A stretch of DNA of 64,000 bases from Vezdaea acicularis (lineage: Eukaryota), in contig JAPEUI010000001.1 in the NCBI GenBank assembly GCA_026025075.1, forward strand, positions 248,001 to 312,000, given 5' to 3'. The position numbers were made by a program, and so were the translations under genes. The notes under the pieces are model-generated. The model did no database searches and was not told the DNA's origin. It saw only the letters and a list, made by a program, of their open reading frames with translations. Within the stretch, counting starts at the first letter, position 1, and each line of letters opens with the position of its first letter. Below are positions 1 through 12,619 of this stretch, one piece after another.

Positions 1-463
1 TCTTTTGATCGAGGCCTTTGGTCTACGCACGGAAGTCCTGCCATCGCGCTACGCTTTCACAATACCCGGTATTGCCGCTTTAAGGACTCCCGATTGGCCT
101 GTGTTCATTCCAGATTTGTTCCTCCTCTTGACAAGCACTTTTTGGGCTCCCTTCACCCTATGGCTATCCACAAGCCTCTTCGTTCCGTTGCTCTTCTCGT
201 ACTTCTTCAACTTGACTATCAAGACAAAGGGAGCAATTCGCTCGCATAGCGCTGCTTATAAGTTTGACCCTCTCACCTTCAACCTCACGAAGGCTTTGCT
301 CGCATACCTCGTCTATTATCAAGGGGTCAAGTTTGGAGGACTTCTCGGATACAACAGCGTGTACAAGGTTGAAGGTTCTATCCCAGGCGGCGCTGACGGC
401 CTTCTCATCGGCTCGGCCATAGGAGCCATCATTAGTGTCTACGAGGCGGTACTTAAAAAGTAA
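1..463 (+). CDS. 3' part of a hypothetical fungal membrane protein (5' end outside window)
   Basis: Open frame from the window edge to TAA at 461-463; several hydrophobic segments (LFLLLTSTFWAPFTLWLSTSLFVPLLFSYFF; GLLIGSAIGAIISVYEAVL). No family confidently recognised. Confidence 0.7.
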   Translation, partial: LLIEAFGLRTEVLPSRYAFTIPGIAALRTPDWPVFIPDLFLLLTSTFWAPFTLWLSTSLFVPLLFSYFFNLTIKTKGAIRSHSAAYKFDPLTFNLTKALLAYLVYYQGVKFGGLLGYNSVYKVEGSIPGGADGLLIGSAIGAIISVYEAVLKK

Positions 464-1272
464 AGGAAACAGGAGGATACAAGTCGTGTTGATAGGGGTA
501 TGTATGACAGAATGATTGGAAATGGTCATGGTACGGGGGGTCTTATATCGGCAGGTCCAGATGGTTTTTCCTTCTCTCTTTTCGTATGATAGTGACGTCT
601 GCTTCTTGATATGACTTCCTCGGAGGTTCGAGTCAGGGGCGTTAAGGCGTATCCTGAGATACCTTAGTTCAGTCCGCCTTGGGAGGATGAGATAGCTAGT
701 GTACCCATATTTAAAATTGATGTACCTACACAATAATTTGCGGACTGCTTGTCCATTATGCTCGAGAACTTCCAATAGAAATCGTGATACTATGCTTTAA
801 CTGAAGCCGGGAAAATAACTCAACACCCTTGATTACCACCCTACTCGTGCTCCCTTCACGGGCGTGATCGAGAACAGCATGCAATGTCACTCAGATCAGG
901 ATTAAATCCCTACATAAAATTCATGTGCAAGGCAATTTTAGAGTTTTTGTATTCTTACTGTTGTGCGGCCCAATTTGATCTGCAGTTGTGATTTAACAAA
1001 GGACGATGTAGAAGTTCGCGAAATGCCCCACCACGTTTTAACCACAGCTGCCTATGCTAAGACTTACTACGAAAAGACCACGGCATCTCCCTCCTTCTGC
1101 ATAATCCAAGATCTCATAAATTTAGCCTCACCTGATATACCCTTTAGCGTTTCAAGTGCCTGCGACTCACAACTTTAGGCCTTGTTCAGCGCCACTTCTA
1201 TCAGCAAACAGACCGCGGGGGGAATTTTCTTTCAAGGCAGGAGAGCGCTGAACAGCGCCACACATTCGCAAC

Positions 1273-2376
1273 ATGTCTCTCACAAATTGCCGGTACTATG
1301 AGGAGAAGTACCCTGAGATTGACAGCTTTGTTATGGTTAATGTCAAACAAGTCCGTGCTTTCCCTGCGAAGAGTCAATATATCGTGGGCACATGCTCACG
1401 AGATAATTTATTAGATTGCCGAAATGGGCGCTTACGTCAAGCTCCTGGAATATGACAACATCGATGGCATGATATTACTATCGGAGCTGTCACGGAGGCG
1501 TATTCGAAGTATACAAAAACTCATTAGGGTTGGAAGGAATGAGGTTGTGGTCGTGCTGAGGGTGGACAAGGAGAAAGGTGGGTGCTTTTTAGCTCGTTTT
1601 GGAGCCAGGACTGATACGGAATGTGGCTGCAGGCTACATTGATTTATCGAAACGTAGGGTATCGCCAGAAGATATTGTCAAATGCGAGGAGCGGTACAAC
1701 AAGAGCAAAACTGTGCACTCAATCCTAAGACATGTCGCTGAGAAGGTCGAAACTCCTATTGAGGGATTATACGAATCTATCGGTTGGCCTTTGAATAAGA
1801 AGTATGGACATGCGGTCGACGCTTTCAAGCTCTCAATAACGTATGTGAACGATCCCAGGTCCTCAATCGCTTGAAGCTCATCCATTTCTTAGAAATCCAG
1901 ATGTATGGAAAGACATTACATTCCCTAGCGACGTCATCAAGAACGAGCTCATCTCTCACATTGGCAAGCGCCTCACACCCCAACCAACCAAAGTGCGGTC
2001 CGACGTTGAAGTCACTTGCTTCGGCTACGAGGGTATCGACGCAGTGAAGACAGCTCTTCGCGCAGCAGAGGCCCAGAACAAACCGGACGCTTCAGTAAAA
2101 GTCAAGCTCGTATCACCACCCCTATATGTCCTTACAAGTCAATGCCTCGAGAAGAACACAGGAATAGAATTACTAGAAGAAGCTATTAAGAAGATTGAGA
2201 AAAACATAAATGCAGCAGGAGGTCATTGTGTGGTCAAGATGGCTCCAAAGGCCGTCACGGAGAACGATGATGCGGAATTGCAAGCGCTGATGGAGAAGAA
2301 GGAACGGGAGAATGCAGAGGTCAGTGGTGATGAGAGCGAAAGCTCTAGTGACGACGCGGTAGTGGAGGCTGCATAG
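1273..2376 (+). CDS. SUI2: Translation initiation factor eIF2 alpha subunit
   Basis: [15 protein letters not shown] start and the S1-domain [14 protein letters not shown] motif containing the Ser51-equivalent phosphosite; introns inferred at 1351-1414, 1578-1632 and 1841-1892 restore one frame. Confidence 0.97.
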
Positions 2377-2989
2377 AGGCATGGTGATCGCAAATGGAAA
2401 GGTGTATTCTCTCTTCAGGGTTAGGCTAGAGCATTTACTGCATACGAAAAGCATGATCAAGTATCTTCGGGCGAATCCTTAACTCTACCAGTATCTCAAG
2501 CATGCTATAGCAAAACTAAATTGAACAAGAGTGAAATTTAGTAGCTGTGCACGAAACCTTAGCCCCTGCGTTAGTTTCAACTTATTCGTTCCTGGTCCGT
2601 ACAGCTTCCTGCAAAAGGGGAAGTCTATCCGCTCTAGGATACGGTGGATACCTAAAGGATGCTCCCAAGTACATCCGAAAGGGTTGTCTTTATCTGACCT
2701 CAATACTACCTTCCAGATGCTCAGCACGAGGCCTTACGCTTCAAATAGCCAGTATTGCTTGTAAGATTCACCAAACACATTAAGGACCTCAAACACCAGT
2801 TCAAGATCGGGAGCTAGGTGCGCCTAAAATGATCCATAGTATAACAACTTAATCATAGTTAAAGAAAAGCTTGCTGCTTGGTCCTGCCCTAGATGACTCC
2901 CGGCCTAGACTTTTGAGTGAACGAGATGTAAGTCCGCCTCAGATATTGCAGTGTCGGTCCACGCCTCTAATGTATTAAAGCGGAACGCC

Positions 2990-3050
2990 AAAAGTCCATA
3001 TCACGTGATATCTCGCTTCTGCACGTGAGTAAGACTTTATGTGTTGCATT
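2990..3050 (+). promoter_or_regulatory. Solo copy of the phased double-E-box composite element
   Basis: AAAAGT 2990-2995, CACGTG 3002-3007, CACGTG 3022-3027, TGTTGCATT 3042-3050; same order and near-identical spacing as the copies at 35.07-35.58 kb. Function unknown. Confidence 0.7.
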
Positions 3051-3504
3051 TTCTCGAATCTGACAGCCCTAAATCCTGAAAGAAGGCCGCTAAGGAGCCA
3101 ATACACGCTCCTGGCGGACAGAAATCAAGGCTTGACAAATTTCGCCAAAAGTCAGACAAGACAAAGGATATGCTAGTTGACGGCGTGTGACTCTACACAT
3201 TTCTTTGTTCCACTTCGAGGCGCCATGCGACATCGTAGCTTCATGTGGAGTCGCTCCGGCTAATATCAATCGAGCGTACTGGTCGCATGGAAGCTTGCAC
3301 TGGAGACTGAAGCCGCGGTCTGAACCTGCATATTGATTCCCCAGGTCAAGCAAGCGCGCAAAAGATATAATGTGTAGCATTGGTTTTCCATCCGCCCCTT
3401 GCAATAGAGGCAGGTAGACATCTAGCCGACAAGCTGCCAATAATTAATGAAATGTCTTTACCTATGCTGTAACAGTACAAGCAGCCCATAACCTCCCGCA
3501 TCGT

Positions 3505-5864
3505 CTAAATTTCATAACTCCGGAACGCATCAATACCGGCCTCACTTAGTCTACCCACATCTGCTTTTTTGCCCATGAACCCCAGCTTCTCCATTCCTCC
3601 TACTGGCTTTACTTCCACTCCGCCCACCGGGCCGCCTCCACCCAGCCTTTGTCCATCTTCCCATTCACGAACTCGCTTCTTGAAAGCTAGCCTGTCTAAG
3701 AATAGCTGCTGCCTACCCCGTTCAAGCTCTCGTCGTTCGGCCTGAAGGACTGCCTCCATTTCATTGAATTGCTTTAGCTTAAGTTCGAACTTTTGAAGCG
3801 TGGTGTTGACAGCTTGGGAGACAAGGGTAGTCATAGTTCGCTCCTCATGAGAGGCAAGTGCGGAGGCGCGGGCAGCTGTTGCAGCGAGGGGGATAGTGAT
3901 CAGGGGGTTTGTGTGTGCGGATTCTGTTTTACGGACAAGTGCGGTGCTAGCAGTAGCTGAGTCCACTTCCATAGCATCTTCAGAATCACCTTCTTTAGCC
4001 TTGCCCTTTTCTTTGTCTGCGGTTCCTTCACGCGTAGGGGTGTTGGCTTTGACCTCAACTTTCTCTAATCGGCTCTGCAGCCCCTTTTTCATCTCCTCAA
4101 CGCTCTTCCCAGCTGCTGCGGCTGCTACTGTGGGATCGCTGAGACCAGCAAGGAATGCCACAACCGACATGACTGGGTTATCGGCCTGGGTAAAGGGTGT
4201 ACGTCCGCTAACAACACCGGTGCCCGCACCAGCAATTAAAAGGCTGCTTGTGCTCCCGCTCGTGCCAGGAGCAGGCTCTGCTTCCAAGTATTGATCTTCG
4301 ATCTCGAGCTGTAGGAATTTTAGCACGCACTCCTCCCTTGTCCGCGTCCCGACATGATCCGCAACACTATTCCAGTTGTCGTCGAATAGCTCCAATCCCT
4401 CAAGCAGCAGTAACGTCTCGGCGTCGGTCCACGGAGCATCGCGATCTGGCACTGAGGAATATGCTGAATCCTCGAGCTTTACAAAGTCGACGGAACTCGA
4501 CGAGCCAGGCATACGGCCTTCGAGGAAGCAGTTGGGGCAAAGATCATATTTGATTTTAGCCGCAGCGGTTGGGGATGGCGTCTCTTTCGTGGCAATTGAA
4601 GTGGGAGGTGACTTTGCCGAATGATAGCGTACTCTTGTGCAATCGACGCCACAAGAATAGCAATTGTAGGTCTTCTTTGGCTCTTTAAGAACATCATCAA
4701 GAGACTTAGTGGACCCCTCAGCTGTAATTGCAGTAGATTCCCCAGTCCCTGCCTCCCCATTGGCCTTGTTCTCGGCAGACGTTGAGGCGGCCTTGGGTAA
4801 AGTTATTTCTTTGCCTTTCTGGTCGTAGATATTACGACGAATCTCGAGATTGAGGTCAGCTTTTGTGGGAGGGGTGACATTAGCTGCACGTTCGGTTGGC
4901 GCGAAAGGCTTTCCTGGCGTGACTTGGGACTTGGGTGCCGGCTGAAATGCTTGAAGGCCACGGGGTGTGTCTGCTGTGATACGAAAGTGGCCAGTGAAGG
5001 GAGGTCCAATGACTGAAGGTCTGACATCAGCATCTACCTGGTAGTTTATTAAACCCCATTGCTCCAAGAACGCATGGGTGCGCATAATAGCACAAACGTC
5101 CCCCGCAAGGTTTCGTCGACAAGCTGTGACTGTAAGGTACTCGGCAGGATTCAGACGATATGTGTTGATCATGAAGTCCCGATAGTCCTTGTAAACGGCT
5201 GGAGTCTTGCTTCTGTTTCGATTATTGAAGAATTCTGGAAGAGCTTTCCTTTCAAGGTCATTTATCATGTGCATGTCAAACCATGTGCTGTAGCTCGGGA
5301 GGACGATAGAGTGGGTCTGTTGGATGAGGTGGGATCTAGCGGTAGTCTCCAAGGTTGCTTTGGTCTGCGTTGGCTGTCCTTCTCCAGAAACATCGCCAGC
5401 TCCATCGGTATTGTTCTCTTTACCAGTATCTTGTTGAGAACCGTTGTCTTGTTGAGAAGTCTCAATACCGCCCATCGGTTGGTCTTCCTTGGCGCTTTCA
5501 CTTAGTTCTTCCGGTCGAGGAGCTTCAGGTGCGTCTAAGGGGTTGTCTGAAACGCCTGTAGGGTTTGGCGTTGAGTCTGTTTTTATAAAAGCTGCTTGAT
5601 TTTCTACGCTATCACCCATAAGTATGTCCGTGCCTAAGAGACAAAGGACAGAGGTAAGCCTTTTAATTCTCACTCAGAAGGCAAAGGCGCATGGAATCTT
5701 AACATACCAGAAGCAGCAGCTTCTCCTTGCCTCCCATCGTCCGAGCCAGTCGGCATACTGCTAGTGTCCCCTTGCAGATGTGGCTGGGCGAGAATTGGAT
5801 TAGTATTTGGAGTGATAGCAGCAGCGGGAGAGTCGCCAAAGTCAAGTGAGTCTTCTTCCATCAT
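3505..5864 (-). CDS. SWI/SNF-RSC complex subunit of the SWI3/RSC8/Ssr2 family
   Basis: SWIRM domain (IVLPSYSTWF...YKDYRDFMINTYRLNP...FLEQWGLINY), ZZ-like zinc finger (CYSCGVDC...CPNC), SANT domain (WTDAETLLLLEGLE...W..VADHVGTRTREEC) and C-terminal coiled coil; intron about 5707-5634. Confidence 0.95.
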
Positions 5865-6221
5865 CTACCTCTCCGTAAGAGGAAGTCAGATGTATCCAGC
5901 AGCTCCACGGACGTCGATGTACTCAAAAGGTGATTGTACGAAGGGAATGCGCCTGAAGTCGCGCTCACCGAACGTGGAAAAGAGACGCGACCTTTTTAGC
6001 CTAAGATGAGAGACTTGTAGGAAAGGCAGTTCTAGCGTAGTAACACAAATGAGTGAATGTCGTGGGTCAAGTAATACGCCGTCCGGTCTGGTTTTGATGA
6101 TTTGACGATGGGTAGGGAAACTAGGGAATCGCGATTCTCACGCCTCGTCGCAAGGATGAAACCGTCGCCAACCACTTCCAGGAGACGAAACTTACTCACT
6201 CACGCTTTCGGCAATTTCCGA

Positions 6222-6231
6222 ATCACGTGAT
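6222..6231. promoter_or_regulatory. Palindromic E-box ATCACGTGAT in the divergent promoter between the SWI3-family gene and ETF-alpha
   Basis: Perfect 10-bp palindrome matching the RTCACGTG consensus of Cbf1-type bHLH factors; binding is inferred. Confidence 0.4.
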
Positions 6232-6346
6232 ATGAACTGAACCGAGCAAACCTCGGCAGTGGAAGTATCATTACACTGCCAAGAAACCATCCCTAGTTCT
6301 GGGGACGACGTGCTGAGAAGTGAAGAAGTTATCTCTCGCTGCAGTT

Positions 6347-7451
6347 ATGTTCAACGCATCTAGGGCATCCCTCTTTCGACAAGCACAGAACTCTCTACGA
6401 AGAAATCGACGTAATCATTTGTCCTCAGTTTCTTTACTTTCAAGATTACTGTCGACACTTGCCATACTAGAGCAAAGGGAGGGAAAACTACAGTATGCAT
6501 CTCTCAATGCAGTCACTGCAGGCAAGAAGCTTGGAGGGTCAATAACGGGTTTCATGGCTGGGAGTGGTATCAAAAGTGTCGCGGAGGAGGCTTCGAAGGT
6601 CGAAGGTCTAGATAAGATCATCATGGTCGAGAACGAAGCGTACGACAAAGGACTACCGGAGAACTTTGCACCTTTACTAGTAGAGAACATCAAAAAAGGC
6701 GGCTTTACACACATAATAGCTGGGCACTCGGCATTTGGAAAGAACCTCATGCCACGGGTGGCCGCCCTACTCGACTCGCAGCAGATTTCCGACATTACGT
6801 CGATAGAAAGCGAAGACAGTAAGATTCCCTTTGCAACAACGAGAACACCGCGTTGCTAATAATGAGTAAATAGCTTTCATTCGGCCTATTTATGCAGGCA
6901 ATGCGATTGCAACTGTGCAATCCAGCGACCCTATCAAAGTCATCACAATCCGAGGCACTGCGTTTGCATCTGCTGAAGCAGATGACAGCTCAGCTGAGAT
7001 AGTCGAAGGCGTCGATCCCAAGTTACCGAGTCCTACAGAGTGGATCTCTGAGGAGCTCACGAAGTCGGACCGTCCAGATCTCGCTTCTGCCGAGAGAGTA
7101 GTTTCTGGAGGTCGGGGGTTGAAGTCGAAAGCAGAATTCGACCGCATCATACCACCCCTAGCTGACGCTCTAGGAGCAGCAATAGGAGCCTCGCGCGCCG
7201 CTGTTGATAGCGGATATGCAGATAACAGTTTGCAGGTTGGGCAAACCGGAAAGGTCGTGGCGCCACAGCTGTATCTGTGCGCGGGCATATCAGGGGCTAT
7301 CCAGCATCTTGCGGGGATGAAGGACAGCAAGGTGATTGCTTGTATCAACAAAGATGCTGATGCGCCGATCTTCCAGGTGGCGGACGTTGGGCTCGTAGGG
7401 GATCTTTTCGAGAAGGTGCCCGAGCTGACCGAGAAGTTGAAGAACTCGTAG
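6347..7451 (+). CDS. etfA: Electron transfer flavoprotein alpha subunit, mitochondrial
   Basis: Arg/Ser-rich presequence-like N-terminus; VVSGGRGLKS, GASRAAVDSG, QVGQTGKVVAP, GISGAIQHLAGM and INKDADAPIF motifs; intron 6819-6873. Confidence 0.97.
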
Positions 7452-7500
7452 ACCGCAATGAGTCGTGGTAGATACCTGTACATAACCAACAACCTACGTC

Positions 7501-8331
7501 TCAACCCTCTCCCCCTTCTCTCACGTCTTGAATGACCCGTCCCTTATCAGTCAACACTATCTCCTCCGATGTTTCCTCTCCCCTGACTGTGTATCTCAAT
7601 CCCACGCCAAATTGCTCTCCCATCTTTTGGCTCACCCATCTGTTCCATATCAGCTGTCTCACTACCCCTTCTCCGTCGACCATGCAAAATGCTAATGGTA
7701 AACCACTACGCCCCACCGCCTCTCTCACACCCTTAGTCGCAGGCTTCATGCTAACGAGTATGGCAACTGTGTTCTCGTTCCGCCAACCAGTCGGCGCTCC
7801 CGCGAAGGCCCCTTCGAGCTCACGGATCGTAGAAGGCGATGAGGTGCGGCGAAGAGCCTTGCACTGAAGGAGGACCGGGATGCTATTGTTCGCCTTCAAG
7901 GTCTCTAGGGGATTACTGGGATTCTCTCCTGCTTTGGTAGAATTCCTTGCCAGGGATGGAATTGTCCAGTGACCTCGTAGATCAATGCCGCGATCAGAAC
8001 GCCCACCCGTACGCGTAAGTGTGAATCCAAGACGGCGGAGGGAAGCCAGGACGGTATATTCGTAAAGCGTGCCTATATAGACAGTGCTTGCCTTGGACAA
8101 CGAGGTTGCTGTGGCGTGAGCGAGAAATGAAGTCATAGAGTGGTGACGGGACGATACATCGGTCAAGGGGGAGGCTGTTGGAGGTTTTGGTACCGGTTGT
8201 GTCGTGACAAGCTCCTCATCGTTGTTCTCTAAAATCAGATTTGGAGCTGCAGCGGAAGATTGGCGGGTGAGAGCTGGTGGCTGAAGGTACGCTGCGCGGA
8301 ATAGTCGCCGGATTGTCGTCGCTCGAAGCAT
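7501..8331 (-). CDS. RRG7: RRG7-like mitochondrial protein (DUF2034, restriction-endonuclease-like fold)
   Basis: STVYIGTLYEY...GGRSDRGIDLRGHW...LLQCK...IRELEGA motifs; presequence-like N-terminus; single 276-aa ORF. Confidence 0.8.
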   Translation of the reverse strand: MLRATTIRRLFRAAYLQPPALTRQSSAAAPNLILENNDEELVTTQPVPKPPTASPLTDVSSRHHSMTSFLAHATATSLSKASTVYIGTLYEYTVLASLRRLGFTLTRTGGRSDRGIDLRGHWTIPSLARNSTKAGENPSNPLETLKANNSIPVLLQCKALRRTSSPSTIRELEGAFAGAPTGWRNENTVAILVSMKPATKGVREAVGRSGLPLAFCMVDGEGVVRQLIWNRWVSQKMGEQFGVGLRYTVRGEETSEEIVLTDKGRVIQDVREGGEG

Positions 8332-8524
8332 TATATCATTTGGAAAGGAGCGCAGGAAGTTTTAGAGCTCACATTGCGAAGTCGGGAGTCTCCGTGCCAA
8401 AGCAACATTCAAGCTCCGAAAGTGGAACCGTACTCTTGGGAACCTTTATTTATTCCGCACGACCGCCGACTTCAAACCTTAACCTTCACCCCTACATCCT
8501 CCACCCTTTTCCGATTTCAGTACT

Positions 8525-9022
8525 ATGGCAGACCGTCTAACGCAATTACAAACATGCCTCGACCAACTATCAACGCAGATGTACGCCTCAATACGATACA
8601 GCTTGTTATCACACTCCTCGTCCACAATTCCAACCCAACCCCCCCAACCGTTCCAACCTAACATTCAGCCTTCATCCGTCGATCAGTCCAACCCCGGTGC
8701 CTTTATAGACCCTGAGGCGTCCTTAGATGCAAATATGCATGAGCTGTCTCGAGATCTTATTCTCAAAACGACGCAAATCATAGCCCTCATCAGCGTCCTC
8801 CCTGGAATTGGAAGTAGTCGGCAGCAGCAAGAGGACAGGTTGAAAGAGCTAGAGGAAGAACTAAAGGAAGTGGAGAAGGAGAGGCAAGAAGCCGTGAAGG
8901 AGAGAGAGAGGCTGGTCGAGGTTGTGGAGAATGTTATAGCGGGCGTAGGAAAGAGGAAGATCACGAAAGGGAAGGGCGAGGACGAAATGGAGGTTGAGCG
9001 TCTAGGAGACAAAGGTCCATGA
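8525..9022 (+). CDS. MED21: Mediator subunit 21
   Basis: MADRLTQLQTCLDQL N-terminus, ELSRDLILK...LISVLPGIG and a C-terminal coiled coil typical of Srb7/Med21. Confidence 0.93.
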   Translation: MADRLTQLQTCLDQLSTQMYASIRYSLLSHSSSTIPTQPPQPFQPNIQPSSVDQSNPGAFIDPEASLDANMHELSRDLILKTTQIIALISVLPGIGSSRQQQEDRLKELEEELKEVEKERQEAVKERERLVEVVENVIAGVGKRKITKGKGEDEMEVERLGDKGP

Positions 9023-9265
9023 GTCGACAACCACAAAACATTAATTCGGAGGACGGTGGGTCTTGCTGCACATCTTCTACGGGATTTCAGGAAGCATGGG
9101 AGGGAGTTTGGAGAAAGGGCGTCTACACCGGTATAGGTAATAACCCCGATCATGAAAAAGGACCATAAGAAGTACTGCTGGGTCGCACCATCAATTACTG
9201 AAGATATAGTCCGCAATACGACGCTAGACGATACATGATATCAAATGTCTACCTTACGACTCCAC

Positions 9266-11495
9266 TTACTTTGAGGAGTCCCTCATTTCCGTAAAATGCT
9301 ACAAGAGTTAGCCATGTCGAGGGGTCGCTAAATGGGACACACACCTGTTGCTGTCCTAATGCTAATTTCCCTCCAACATCCTCCAAGAAGTCAGCAGGAG
9401 CTATTATTAAACGAATCTTCGACTCACATCGATTATGGTCAAAACCAGTGAATAGTTATTGTACAGAAATCTCTCTCTCTTCCGGACGTCCCCTATAGCT
9501 TTACTGACTTTTTCTAAGAAAACTTCATATTCCTTCCGTAGCCGACTTAAGCTGTTGGAAACGGGTTCGTCATCGCCAGCCTCACTGCTAAGGGCTAGTA
9601 TGCCATGTAAAAGTTGTGCGAATCGTTGCGTCAAGGCGTGTGGTGCTGCAGACTGCTTTGCTGTGTCTGCGGCTGTGAGAGTCAGGGCAGACATCGCACT
9701 TCTACCGGTTGAACCGCCTGCTCGCCGAATCGAGTCGCAATGCGAGTCCATTACAACCTGAAAGCGTGGCCAGAGGAGCATATTCGTGCCGTTAATGTAC
9801 GAGTCCATTGCAGGTACCTTACGCCGTTGGAGCTCAAAAGCAAAATGTTGATTGAGACGGACGCAAAGCAGCGTACCCAGGCAATCGACGGTGGGCTCGA
9901 TCAGCGATTTCGTCAATGAATGACCAAGCACGAAAGTAGGTTCGAAGATCTGCGTAAATTTCCGAGATACTTGGTGGAAGGTGTTCCCCGAGAAGAATTC
10001 AGTAAGGAAGGAGTACTCAGTAGAGGCGTTGTCAAGGAGAGCTAGATTAAAATTTCGAAAGGGAACTTCGAGATAATGGGCCGATTTATCTTCTTCAGCC
10101 AAGTACGAAGAAATAGCCGTCCGATTGTCCGTCTTGAGCAGCTCCATGCGTCGTCCTATACCGTGGGCATCCAGGGATGCTTGTGCGACATTGCCTATGA
10201 AATGTCAGGAGGACGCGTTGACATCGGTGTAAAGTCAGTACCTACCTTTTCTCGAAGACTCATCCGGACCAAAAACATCGTTCTTGTCAATTATCGGGAC
10301 TCTGATCTTCTCAAGAGCTTTCTGATATCGAGTAAAGTGATTCGTGTAGTACCACCTCATCGTGTTGATATACGCTTGTGACACTTCTTCGGCAAGTTTT
10401 GGATGATGTTTTGCAAGGAAAGAGAATAGGTCTTTATATTTGAGAAGTGACTGTTGCTGAATGATCTGAGCGTTGATGTTCGGAGACCGCAAAGCCTTAA
10501 TCTGGGCCACTAGATAATCCCGTATCCTCTCCAAGGCTCGGGATATCAAGCTCTTCAGGATGGGTTGTATATCTTTGACAGCTTTGATGGATGGTTCGCT
10601 ATTTGCCCGGCTTTCAACCGTTTTATTGCGCTTCTCCACCTCCGCCAACGCCTTTACCCAGCTATCATCAATTGGGCCATCTGAGATCTTACGCACTATA
10701 GCCGGGGAAATAGATATCTCTTCCACTGCCGGGCCTAAGAGCTTTTCAACTGTTTTGCGATTCTCCAATCGAGTGCTTAACGCTGAAGATCGATTTTGTA
10801 AACTTTCTATCTCTGTAGATACGGCACCCAAATCGGATTGAAAGCTTCCCAAGTACATGTTGACGGATTTCAAAACCTCGTCGCAAGCCTTGAAAGAAGG
10901 GACTGTCAGTAGTTAAGAGAAATAGGGGGGCGTGGATTCCTATCGTACCGCAATTGAACGATGTAAATCTTCGAACTTGTCCTTCTCTCGCTCATCTAGT
11001 GAATTCAGTCACAGCCCCCTATTCCTCAGGTTCAAGGAGTCACCCACATTCTTCCACTGATTGGCTTGGGGTTTTGGAGGCTGATATATCTCTGGTTTCA
11101 TTATTGCGCCCTTCGACTCTAGCAAGCTCCTTTAGGCTTAATCCCGCAAAGTCTAATTCACCAAGGTCTTTCTCTTCGGGCGTAAAGTTTTTAGTCCGCA
11201 GCGGCCGTCCAACGATCCCCTGAAGCACGTCTAAAGGGTCTGGGATATCATCGGTCGGAGTATGGACGGTGGAGTGTCGTAGGGCGGAGCCATTCGGTTG
11301 GCGAGCTGTACTCGGCAATGAGGACGATGAGGAGTTGAGAGGAAGCGAAAGAGATGATGATCGAGGACTATATCCTGATCGAGAAGGAATTGCATTTGGC
11401 CCTAAGTGACTTGGGCGTCGAGGCGCAGGAGAGAAGGCCCTACTCTGAGATGGGGTTGATGGAGTTGAATGCCCTGAAAGTCTATCGAGCCACAT
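9266..11495 (-). CDS. VPS52: GARP complex subunit Vps52 (Sac2 family)
   Basis: FQSDLGAVSTEIESLQ, PNINAQIIQQ, AYINTMRWYY, EVPFRNFNLALLDNASTEY and LLWPRFQ motifs over several exons; last exon HFTEMRDSSK ends at TAA 9268-9266. Confidence 0.92.
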
Positions 11496-11897
11496 AATTT
11501 CGTTGTACTAGAGTATGGTAGAGTCTCCTGCATGTCAGCCAGCCGTCGGTACGGCTTGGCCAAATTGTTTTACCTCATTGCTAATGCCCGAGTTCCCATT
11601 CAGATAGGTATTTAGAGAATCTTCAATTCGGGCGCCACAGCCGACAGGTGTGCAATATTACTGGAAAGGGCCTAGCGTTTGTAGGGCCCAAGCTAACATT
11701 TCACTGGCAGACTGGATTCGCTTCGTTTCGCACTGGAACGTTTTCCTGCTCTTCACAAGCCCAATTATTCTTCAGTGCCCTCCACTTCTACCCTCGCCCC
11801 TCTTCCCATACAACAGAGCATTCTCCTTCGCTCTACGCCGCTTCTTTACGGTTTTCCTTCTCGTCTTACTCAATATCAAAAGTCTTTTTCCATAGCC

Positions 11898-12619
11898 ATG
11901 GCGGATGATGCTCAGGTATGTTTTTGGTTTTCTTTGCGCCCCACTATTTGCCCCGCCTTGACTCAGCGCGCTCAAAACCCGTCCATTGCGGCTCTCTTGT
12001 CTTCCCACTGGCAGATCCTGACATGATTCAAAACCATAGCATGAACACACCTTTGAGTCGGCCGATGCCGGTGCCTCGACCACCTATCCCATGCAATGTT
12101 CTGCCTTGAGGAAGAACGGGCATGTCGTGATCAAGAATCGCCCCTGCAAGATTGTCGAAATGTCCACTTCTAAGACTGGCAAGCATGGCCACGCAAAGGT
12201 CCATCTCGTCGCAATCGATATCTTCACTGGGAAGAAGTTGGAAGATCTCTGCCCATCCACTCACAACATGGATGTTCCCAATGTCACTCGCAAGGAATAC
12301 CAGCTTGTAGGAATTCGGGCGCCTTGAAAGTTGGAATGAGCCCACTGACGCATAATCATAGCTGGATGTCTCCGATGATGGTTTCTTGAGTTTGATGGCT
12401 GACGACGGCGAGACCAAAGATGATGTCAAGACCCCTGACGGCGAAGTTGGCGAGAAGATTGACAAGCTTTTCAAGACCGAGGAAAAAGACGTCAGTAAGT
12501 TTGAAATGAGCTCTCTATAGGACGTTTCGCCTTTATTGATTGTAATAGATGTCATTGTTCTCACTGCCATGGGCGAAGAGGCTGCTATTGAATGCAAGGA
12601 AGCTCCGCTCAAGGCTTGA
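11898..12619 (+). CDS. HYP2: Translation factor eIF5A
   Basis: Hypusination motif [12 protein letters not shown]; introns 11916-12039, 12307-12361 and 12495-12548. Confidence 0.97.

Noticed and set aside
164..775. 203-aa minus-strand ORF
   Set aside because: Non-ATG start, overlaps the plus-strand CDS in antisense, no recognisable domain.
878..939. Possible reverse-orientation degenerate copy of the E-box element (CATGCAA...CATGTG...AATTTT)
   Set aside because: One E-box is missing and the other boxes are mismatched; cannot be separated from chance without a profile search.
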